NCBI GenBank assembly: GCA_963772835.1
Contig: CAVYYZ010000012.1
Span: forward strand, 192,001 to 256,000
Length of the DNA stretch: 64,000 nt
Origin: an uncultured delta proteobacterium
GTDB lineage: Bacteria > Desulfobacterota > Desulfuromonadia > Geobacterales > Pseudopelobacteraceae
Direction of reading: 5' to 3'
Shown: positions 29,162 to 37,028 of the stretch, one piece after another
Position numbering within the stretch: the stretch's first letter is position 1
Layout: each line of letters opens with the position of its first letter
Translations under genes and position numbers: made by a program
Notes under the pieces: model-generated
Told to the model about the DNA's origin: nothing
Seen by the model: the letters and a program-made list of their open reading frames with translations, nothing else
Databases searched by the model: none

Positions 29162-31402
29162 TCACCCTTTTGTTTTGTGGGTGAACACACCGTCCCAATC
29201 GGGAGGGGGCGGCTCCTTCAGATAATGTTCAATCCGTTCCACATAGAGCCGGAAGAGCGTCGATTCGGGATTCAGCTGCAGCAGCTCGTGCAGATGTCCA
29301 AGTGAGTCATCCCACTCCCGGGCGTGATAGTGTTTGAACATATGGGTGAACTGTTTCTGCTCCTCGATGGCGGCCTGGTCGAGTTCATCCTCAAGTCCCA
29401 GCGGTTCATATATGGTAACAGGTTCGCTGCGACCTTTGACGCGGACCCTGTCCAGCTCCCTGAACACAATGCCGGTGAGACGGCTGCGGGTATCCTCCCC
29501 CACAATAATGCCGACACCGTACTGCCTCGAAAGCCCCTCGAGGCGTGCGCCCAGATTGACCGCATCCCCCATGACGGTATAGGCCATGCGGAATCGGGAC
29601 CCCATGTTTCCCACACTCATGATTCCTGTGTTGATTCCTATTCCAAGGTGGAGCGGCGGCCAGCCTCGCTTAACAAAGGACTCCCGCAGACGGATGGCCG
29701 CCGCCTGCATCTCCAGGGCGGCCAGCACCGAGTGCAGTACATGGTCGGGGTCGTCAAGCGGAGCGCCCCAGAATGCCATAATGGCATCGCCGATATACTT
29801 GTCGATTGTACCGCGGTGCTTTTGTATGACCTCCGTCATTGCAGAGAGGTACTCATTCATAAGGGCCGAGAGATCGGCAGCCGGGAGCTGCTCAGAAATG
29901 GCGGTAAATCCACATACGTCGGAAAAAAGAACCGTCATATCAAGGCTTCTGCTCTGCATGGTGAAGCGATCCGGTTCCAGACTCATCTCGTTGACAAGTT
30001 CCGGGTGGACATACTGCCCGAACAACCCGGTTATCTGGCGTTTTGAACGAGCCTCCAACAGAAAGCCGTAGGACATGTTGAGCACGAACAGCCCTGTTAC
30101 CAATATCAACGATGACGCCAATGGTAAAACCATGTTTTGATGCCAACCGGCAGCATTCAACAGACAGATACCGGTCATCAGCGCCAGAGAAAGCACCATT
30201 GACCTGATCGGCGACAGAACCGGCAGAAGCAGGGAAAGCAGCAGTCCGCTAAACAGCAGAATAATGATCTCGGCCCCGACGACATAGGCAGGCTGCTGCT
30301 TGATGTTCTGATCCAGTATCCCGGCGATCATATTGGCATGGACCTCGACCCCGGGGTATACGGCACTGACCGGAGTTGAACGCATATCCATAAGACCCGG
30401 TGCCGTTGTTCCCACCAGCACAATAGCCCCTTCGAGAACATCCTTCCCAACCCGGCCGTTGATAACATCTGTCGCCGAAACATATCGGAAGATCCCCTGA
30501 CGACCGCGATAGGGGACCAGGGCCGTCACCCGGTCGTCCACCGGTATCTTCAGGTCGCTGATGCCGAGCCACTCGATTTTGCGGTAGTCCCCATCATCCT
30601 TCCCTTCCGGGAACGCAACCGTCAGGGGCGGAAAACCGAGGAGCGTCCTCACGACCGCTATGGAGAGAGTCTCGTAATAATTGCCCTTGTATTCTATAAT
30701 GGCAGGAACACGGCGACAGACGCCATCCGGGTCTATGAACGGGTTGAAGTGGCCCGCCACCGGTGTCATCTGCTGAAGTTCATGCAGGTTGGCACCGAAG
30801 CCGGTCATTTTCACAACAGATGCTCCGGAGCCTGCCATGTCTGCTGCGGTAAAGACCGGAAGTGGCAGAGTGCCGCTGGTGCGGATCATCTCCCCCTCGA
30901 AATCAGTGAAGTAGTAACCGAGAACCACGTGTCGCCCCTTGATGCTCCGGGCGAAGATAGCGTCGTAATCGAGTTTTTCGCGGATTTTACCCAGTGAGTT
31001 GATAAACCGCGTGTCACCTTTCAGGGCTTCCTTACCAAGTTGTTCAAGCACCCCAAGACCGGAACTCTCATCCCTTTCGGCAAAAATGACGTCATACCCG
31101 ACGACAGCAACTCCGTACTCGTCAAAGAGCCGGTCCATGAGGAGGGCAAGACGGTTTCTGCTCCAGGGCCAACGCCCTTCGGCGGCCAGGCTCTTTTCGT
31201 CGATATCAACGATGACGATTCTGCTGTCGATCTCCTGACTCATGGTGAGCTTAAGTCGCAGGTCATAACTGAGTGCCTCAAGTTGATCGGTAAACTTGAG
31301 ATCAATCAGACCTGCGGCATTAAATACGAACAGGAACGTGAGAAAAAGCCCGAAAAGAATCCGCAGCAGATGCTGACGTATTAGAGATTTAAACTTTTTT
31401 AT
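29162..31402 (-). CDS. CHASE2-domain class III adenylate/guanylate cyclase
   Basis: IVIVDIDE, GRWPWSR, DPDGVCRRVP, PGVEVHA, three TMs, VLFSDVCGFT, DKYIGDAIMAFW, GDAVNLGARLE. The frame stays open upstream of ATG 31243 to an ATA at 31402, encoding the expected N-terminal TM. Confidence 0.92.
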   Translation of the reverse strand: MKKFKSLIRQHLLRILFGLFLTFLFVFNAAGLIDLKFTDQLEALSYDLRLKLTMSQEIDSRIVIVDIDEKSLAAEGRWPWSRNRLALLMDRLFDEYGVAVVGYDVIFAERDESSGLGVLEQLGKEALKGDTRFINSLGKIREKLDYDAIFARSIKGRHVVLGYYFTDFEGEMIRTSGTLPLPVFTAADMAGSGASVVKMTGFGANLHELQQMTPVAGHFNPFIDPDGVCRRVPAIIEYKGNYYETLSIAVVRTLLGFPPLTVAFPEGKDDGDYRKIEWLGISDLKIPVDDRVTALVPYRGRQGIFRYVSATDVINGRVGKDVLEGAIVLVGTTAPGLMDMRSTPVSAVYPGVEVHANMIAGILDQNIKQQPAYVVGAEIIILLFSGLLLSLLLPVLSPIRSMVLSLALMTGICLLNAAGWHQNMVLPLASSLILVTGLFVLNMSYGFLLEARSKRQITGLFGQYVHPELVNEMSLEPDRFTMQSRSLDMTVLFSDVCGFTAISEQLPAADLSALMNEYLSAMTEVIQKHRGTIDKYIGDAIMAFWGAPLDDPDHVLHSVLAALEMQAAAIRLRESFVKRGWPPLHLGIGINTGIMSVGNMGSRFRMAYTVMGDAVNLGARLEGLSRQYGVGIIVGEDTRSRLTGIVFRELDRVRVKGRSEPVTIYEPLGLEDELDQAAIEEQKQFTHMFKHYHAREWDDSLGHLHELLQLNPESTLFRLYVERIEHYLKEPPPPDWDGVFTHKTKG

Positions 31403-31405
31403 CTC

Positions 31406-34400
31406 TCACCTCACAACCACAAAGAGTCGATCAAATACATCCCGGATTTTGCCGGTCATTTCTTCGTAATCACTGATCAGGAGAGCGCCCGGATTCTTCA
31501 GCTTCGAATCGTAACCGAGACGTCGTGCCAGCTTGTTCAAGTAGACTTTCGTGCCGGAGAGATCATTCACCGAGTAGTCATGGATAATCCGCAGCCGGTT
31601 TTCAAGTTTACGCAGGAATTTGTATCCCGCCAGGAGCGTTTGGGCACTTCCTTCGGGCAAAAGTCCCAGCGCACTGATCTCCTTCAGCGCAACGATCGTG
31701 CTGGGGGTGCGAAGTTCCGGTGAGCGATACCCCTCACGAAGTTGAAGATACTGAACTGTAAACTCAACATCAACCATCCCGCCACGTCCGGTTTTGATAT
31801 TGTAGCTGCCGTCCGTCTCTCTGGCCAGCTCGTTTTCCATCCGCATTCTAAGGCGGTAGATTTCCTGACGGCCATCGTCATCTATCGTTGAACCATAAAT
31901 CGTATGGCGGATAATGTCATGCAACTGGCCGGCCAGCGTTCCATCTCCCAGCACTACACGTGCTTTGGTAAGTGCCTGCCGCTCCCAGATCTGTGCCTCC
32001 GTGCGGTGGTAGTCGAGAAAGGATTCCAGTGACGTCACGAGTGGACCGGCATTCCCGGAAGGGCGCAGACGGGTATCGATCTTATACACGTATCCCTCAC
32101 GGGTCTGCATGGTGAGGATCGATATGATCTTCTGGGCCAGCTTGGCAAAATATTCGTGGTTTGATATCTGTTTCTCGCCGTCCGTATGCCCCTGATGATC
32201 GTAGACAAAGATAATGTCCAGATCAGAGTGGTAGTTGAGCTCTCCCCCCCCGAGTTTACCCATAGCGATGATCGCCAGGTGCGCCGGGGCCCGGCCCATC
32301 TCGTACTGAAAGGTCGGCTGTCCAAATCGATGCAGTTCGCTGACTGCCAGCCGGAATGCCGCAGCAAGACACACCTCGCCGAGCAGGCTGAGCTGCGCGG
32401 TAACTTCTCCCTGTAGCAGACGGCCATGAATATCATTCAGGCCGATGCGCAGAAACTCCTCGTTACGATAACGGCGGAGGATATTCAGGTGATCTTCGAC
32501 ATAGTCGCTCTGCTCAAGCAGTGCGTTCAGCTCCTCTTTCATAGTTTCTTTTGTTTTTACTATGGACGAACTGCCGCGGGCAACCAGACTGTCGAGCAGT
32601 TCCGGGTGGCTGATTAAAATCTTTGAGAGGAATTCGGACATGCCAAAGAGAGACACCAGCAACTTGATCGTAGCGCGGTTTTCAGCCAGCAGCGCATAAT
32701 AGGATGACCGGGTGGCAACAACGGTCATGAACCGTTCCAGATTGACCAACGCCATATCGGGATCGGGAGATTCAAAGATTTCCTGAATCATCTGCGGTGC
32801 GATCTTTTCCAGCATCCGGCGGCTCCGTTCGGTCAGATTACCTTTCACCGGACCCCTCCGGAGCGATAACAGGTTGTCATATGCCCGGTCTACATCCTCA
32901 AAATGACGCTCCGCCAACAGGTCCTTGACCAGATCGGAATCGGCTTTGGGATCAAGGAGAAACAGAACCTGCGGATGGACCTCTTCCTTGAGTTTCTCAT
33001 CCCGTGAATGAAAAAGGGTGCCATAGATATAGGACACGTTTTCACGGTGTTCTTCCAGCACTTCGCGAAAACGCTCCAGCCCGTTACTGCGCAGATAACC
33101 GCTGCGCCTGGCCAGCGCAAGCATTTCCTCCTCTTTAGCCGGCAGGTTATGCGTCTGGCGTTCCTGCACCACCTGAATCCGGTGCTCGACAGAACGGAGA
33201 AAGCGATAGGCTTCCCGCAGCTTGAGGTGATCCTCCTCCCCCAGCAGGTTTGCAGCCAGAAGGGTATCCAGGGCGCGAAGCGAGTTGCGTTCGCGCAATT
33301 TCGGGTTTTTGCCGGCATACACCAACTGCAGGGCCTGGATGAAAAATTCAATCTCTCGGATCCCCCCGCGACCGAGCTTGAGATTAATCTCCCCCTCCCG
33401 GGAACGAGCCAGCGAGGCATCGATTTTCTGTTTCATCTGTTTCATATCTTCGATCAGGTTGTAATCGAGATATTTACGATAGATAAACGGTTGAAGGGTT
33501 TTGAGCAGCTGTTCGCCAAGCGCCAGGCTGCCGGCCACAGGACGTGCTTTCAACATGGCGGTACGCTCCCAGGACTGCCCCCAGGATTCATAGTAGACCT
33601 CGGCCGAACGGAGCGAAACGGCCATATCACCCGATTTCCCTTCCGGCCTGAGGCCCACATCCACCCGAAATACGAAACCGTCCTCCGTCACCTGCGACAG
33701 AGCCTTGCTGATCATCTCTCCCAGTTTATTGAAAAAGGCGTGCAGCGAGATGACCCCTTTTCTTCCCCCGGATCCGGCCGTTTCACCTCTGTCCGACTCA
33801 TAAAAATAGATGATATCGATATCGGAAGAAAAATTGAGTTCCCGGCCGCCCAGTTTCCCCATTCCGATCACGGTCATTTCCGCCTCATGGGGAACCGCTC
33901 CCTCTTCTGTCACCAGCGGCACTCCATGATCACGAACCAGACAGCGCCGGCAGACCTGGTAGGCGACCTGAAGTGTTGACGAACCAAGATCGGCCAGTTC
34001 CCCCATTACCTCTTCCAGCGGGGCCAGGCCATTCAGATCGCGCGCGGCAATGCGCACAATCTCACGTCGTTTGAAACAGCGCAACGCTCTCTGCAGTGCG
34101 ACGAAATCAGTCGATTCATCCACCGTATCCTGCACTGCCGACTGCATCTCTTCAGAAGAACGGGCACGATCGATGCCGTTTTCCAGAAACAGCCAGCCAA
34201 CTATGTCGGGGGATTTGTACATCAGATTCACCAGAAACGGTGATGAGCCGCAGAGCAGAATGCATTGGGCCAGACGCTTCCTGTGCGCCGCCAATCCGGT
34301 CAGTATTTCCGGTGAGACGACTCCGGCCAGTCTTTCGAAGGAGTTCAGCGCCTGGTCAGGCGAGGGTGTCAAAAGTGCGTAAACGGCAATGCGATGCAGA

Positions 34401-34567
34401 GTTTCAACAGCGAACAGCTTCCGGAGCAGCAGAATATTTTCAGCAGTCCGGGCAGAGAAGTGAAAACCGTGGGACTGCAGGAATATGGTCAGCTCCTGCA
34501 GATTCACCGCGTGATCGCTGACCGTCATGATACGGCTGAAGTCCTGAGAGAAACGTTCTATGTGCAT
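31406..34567 (-). CDS. glnE: Glutamine synthetase adenylyltransferase/adenylyl-removing enzyme
   Basis: Duplicated MGKLGG.ELN..SD.D and D..LRP.G motifs; K.GRGG..(E/D).EF. Confidence 0.96.
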   Translation of the reverse strand: MHIERFSQDFSRIMTVSDHAVNLQELTIFLQSHGFHFSARTAENILLLRKLFAVETLHRIAVYALLTPSPDQALNSFERLAGVVSPEILTGLAAHRKRLAQCILLCGSSPFLVNLMYKSPDIVGWLFLENGIDRARSSEEMQSAVQDTVDESTDFVALQRALRCFKRREIVRIAARDLNGLAPLEEVMGELADLGSSTLQVAYQVCRRCLVRDHGVPLVTEEGAVPHEAEMTVIGMGKLGGRELNFSSDIDIIYFYESDRGETAGSGGRKGVISLHAFFNKLGEMISKALSQVTEDGFVFRVDVGLRPEGKSGDMAVSLRSAEVYYESWGQSWERTAMLKARPVAGSLALGEQLLKTLQPFIYRKYLDYNLIEDMKQMKQKIDASLARSREGEINLKLGRGGIREIEFFIQALQLVYAGKNPKLRERNSLRALDTLLAANLLGEEDHLKLREAYRFLRSVEHRIQVVQERQTHNLPAKEEEMLALARRSGYLRSNGLERFREVLEEHRENVSYIYGTLFHSRDEKLKEEVHPQVLFLLDPKADSDLVKDLLAERHFEDVDRAYDNLLSLRRGPVKGNLTERSRRMLEKIAPQMIQEIFESPDPDMALVNLERFMTVVATRSSYYALLAENRATIKLLVSLFGMSEFLSKILISHPELLDSLVARGSSSIVKTKETMKEELNALLEQSDYVEDHLNILRRYRNEEFLRIGLNDIHGRLLQGEVTAQLSLLGEVCLAAAFRLAVSELHRFGQPTFQYEMGRAPAHLAIIAMGKLGGGELNYHSDLDIIFVYDHQGHTDGEKQISNHEYFAKLAQKIISILTMQTREGYVYKIDTRLRPSGNAGPLVTSLESFLDYHRTEAQIWERQALTKARVVLGDGTLAGQLHDIIRHTIYGSTIDDDGRQEIYRLRMRMENELARETDGSYNIKTGRGGMVDVEFTVQYLQLREGYRSPELRTPSTIVALKEISALGLLPEGSAQTLLAGYKFLRKLENRLRIIHDYSVNDLSGTKVYLNKLARRLGYDSKLKNPGALLISDYEEMTGKIRDVFDRLFVVVR

Positions 34568-34568
34568 G

Positions 34569-35609
34569 TCAGGCCCCGGACATCTTGCGCAGTCCGTTGC
34601 GGTAGTCGCCGGTGACAATGCCGTTTTCAGTTATAATGGCCGAAATATACCGGGCCGGCGTTACATCGAACGCCGGGTTGCGCACCCTGACCCCTTCCGG
34701 CGCGATGGCAATCCCCTTAATGTGGGTTACTTCACTCGTTGGTCGTTCTTCTATCGGAATTTTGCTGCCGTCTGAAAGAGACAGATCAAAGGTTGAAACC
34801 GGAGCGGCGACATAGAACGGTATGCCGTTCTCTTTGGCAAGTACCGCAACCGAATAGGTACCGATTTTGTTCGCGGTATCACCGTTGGCGGCGATCCGGT
34901 CGGCTCCGACGACGCAGCAGGTTATTTCGCCCCGGTTCATGAAGAACCCGGCCATGTTGTCAGATATCAGTGTCGTCTGAATACCCTCCTTCATCAGCTC
35001 CCAGGCGGTCAGACGGGCCCCCTGCAGCCAGGGGCGGGTCTCGTCGGCAAAAACCTGGATCTTTTTCCCCGCTTCATGTGCGGCACGGATAACTCCGAGA
35101 GCGGTGCCGTAGCCGGCGGTGGCCAGCCCTCCGGCATTACAGTGGGTCAGTACGGTTGCTCCCTCAGGAATCAGCGTAGCGCCCCATTTGCCGATGTTCC
35201 GGCAGATGGTCAGATCTTCCTGCTCGATCCTGATCGCTTCTTTTTTGAGCGCTTCGCGAATGTTATCGAGACTCATGCCGCGATGATCCTCCGCAACCCG
35301 CTTCATCCGCTCCAGCCCCCAGAAGAGGTTGACCGCCGTCGGGCGGGTCCGCCCCAATATGTCACAGATATTGTCGAGCTGGCGGAAAAATGATTCATGG
35401 GTATCGGCGATAATCGACCGCGCCCCCAACGCAACCCCCATGGCGGCCGCAACTCCGATGGCCGGCGCTCCCCGGATGATCATCCCCTTTATGGCTTCCG
35501 CAACCGATTGAAAATCGCCATAGCTGTTGTAGATCTCTTCGCCCGGCAGGCGGGTCTGGTCGATCATGATCACTGTGTTGTCGCGCCATTCGATGGTACG
35601 GAAGGACAT
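34569..35609 (-). CDS. mtnA: S-methyl-5-thioribose-1-phosphate isomerase
   Basis: [60 protein letters not shown] before ATG 35609. Confidence 0.96.
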   Translation of the reverse strand: MSFRTIEWRDNTVIMIDQTRLPGEEIYNSYGDFQSVAEAIKGMIIRGAPAIGVAAAMGVALGARSIIADTHESFFRQLDNICDILGRTRPTAVNLFWGLERMKRVAEDHRGMSLDNIREALKKEAIRIEQEDLTICRNIGKWGATLIPEGATVLTHCNAGGLATAGYGTALGVIRAAHEAGKKIQVFADETRPWLQGARLTAWELMKEGIQTTLISDNMAGFFMNRGEITCCVVGADRIAANGDTANKIGTYSVAVLAKENGIPFYVAAPVSTFDLSLSDGSKIPIEERPTSEVTHIKGIAIAPEGVRVRNPAFDVTPARYISAIITENGIVTGDYRNGLRKMSGA

Positions 35610-35857
35610 GAGGACTCCTCTGCTCGTAGTACCGCGGCTGCCGGAGAAGGATGAAAAAGGCAGCTGCAGATGGGTGTAAGATGCCATGATTTTCCTTTTT
35701 TCACAACAGAGTTGTCTGTGAACGTGTGATACGAAAAAACCCGGGCATCGCACTATCCCCCGTTGTTAAAGCCGATTTATACACCACTGTTCAGCCACCG
35801 ATGCTGCAGAGCCATTTCCGCTTGCCGCCACTTCGTTCTTCCTGCTATACATCGGTC

Positions 35858-36415
35858 ATGGACACCATCCCGCAAAAAGTCGGACTGACCGATATTTTCC
35901 TTACCTTTGCCACCATCGGCTTGACCGGATTCGGCGGCGGCATGGCCATTGTGGCGATTGTTGAGCGGGTCTGTGTCCGGGAAAAGAAGTGGATTTCACC
36001 GGAAGAATTTATGCACGGCCTGGCCTTCGGCCAGATTCTGGGGCCTTTTTCGCTCAACGTCTGCACCTTTACCGGACATCATCTGCGCGGTATCCGCGGC
36101 GGTGTGATCGCCGCCATCGGTTTCATCATGCCTTCATTTCTGCTGATGTCAATGCTCTCCTGGCTCTATTTCACCTATAACAAACTCCCCCAACTGCAGG
36201 CGGCCCTCAAGGGAACCAACCCGGTGGTCATCGGACTGATCGTGGTGGTTGCCATTGATATGGGGCGCAAACAGATCAAGGGTGGCAACGGTGTCCTGAT
36301 GGCCCTGGCAGCCTTTGCAGCGTCGGTTGTGTTCAAACTGAATGCCGCCCTGATACTGGTCGCTGCAGCCCTCTGGGCGCTGGGTTTCAGCCTCTACCGC
36401 CGGAGAAGCAGCTGA
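35858..36415 (+). CDS. Short-chain chromate transporter (CHR family), N-half
   Basis: IGLTGFGGG, KKWISPEEF, GQILGP. Confidence 0.88.
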   Translation: MDTIPQKVGLTDIFLTFATIGLTGFGGGMAIVAIVERVCVREKKWISPEEFMHGLAFGQILGPFSLNVCTFTGHHLRGIRGGVIAAIGFIMPSFLLMSMLSWLYFTYNKLPQLQAALKGTNPVVIGLIVVVAIDMGRKQIKGGNGVLMALAAFAASVVFKLNAALILVAAALWALGFSLYRRRSS

Positions 36416-36933
36416 TGGGATCGATGCTGACACTCGCCTGGATCTACCTTCGCATCGGGGTTATGTTCGTGGGGGGAGGCTATGTGCTGATTCCGCTCTT
36501 GAATCATATCATGGTCGAAAAGTACGGCTGGCTGACTCTGCGGCAATTCCTTGACGGACTCGCCCTGTCCCAGTTGACCCCCGGACCGCTGGCCATGCTG
36601 GCCACCTTCACCGGCTTCCGCGCAGGCGGTTTCACGGGCGCGCTGGTGGCGACAGTCTGTATCTTTATTCCCTGCGTCGTGCTGATGCTGGTAATCGGGC
36701 GCAATTACCACCGCCTGAAGAGCATCGACATCATCGGTTCGACTCTTGACGGTCTGCTTCCTGCGGTTGTCGGACTGGTGGCTGCCGCGGCATGGAACCT
36801 TGGTGCTTCATCCCTCACCGGCTTGAAAGATTTTTTGATCCTGGGAGCCGGTTTTTGTATTTTCAAATGGACAAAAATCAGCCCGATGGTTGTTATTCTC
36901 GGGGCAGGGTTGGTGGGAATAATAATACACTGA
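36415..36933 (+). CDS. Short-chain chromate transporter (CHR family), C-half
   Basis: GGGYVLIP, GWLTLRQFLDGLALSQLTPGP. Confidence 0.9.
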   Translation: MGSMLTLAWIYLRIGVMFVGGGYVLIPLLNHIMVEKYGWLTLRQFLDGLALSQLTPGPLAMLATFTGFRAGGFTGALVATVCIFIPCVVLMLVIGRNYHRLKSIDIIGSTLDGLLPAVVGLVAAAAWNLGASSLTGLKDFLILGAGFCIFKWTKISPMVVILGAGLVGIIIH

Positions 36934-37028
36934 CCGGTACCATTCATATTAGGAGCATCGGATTTTAATAAAGGCACTCGGTTTCACCGGTGCCTTTTTA
37001 CGTGCGGTATGCTATTGTGTCAGACCTT

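Noticed and set aside
35610..35857. SAM riboswitch upstream of mtnA
   Set aside because: No SAM-I core or terminator pattern recognisable on the minus strand.
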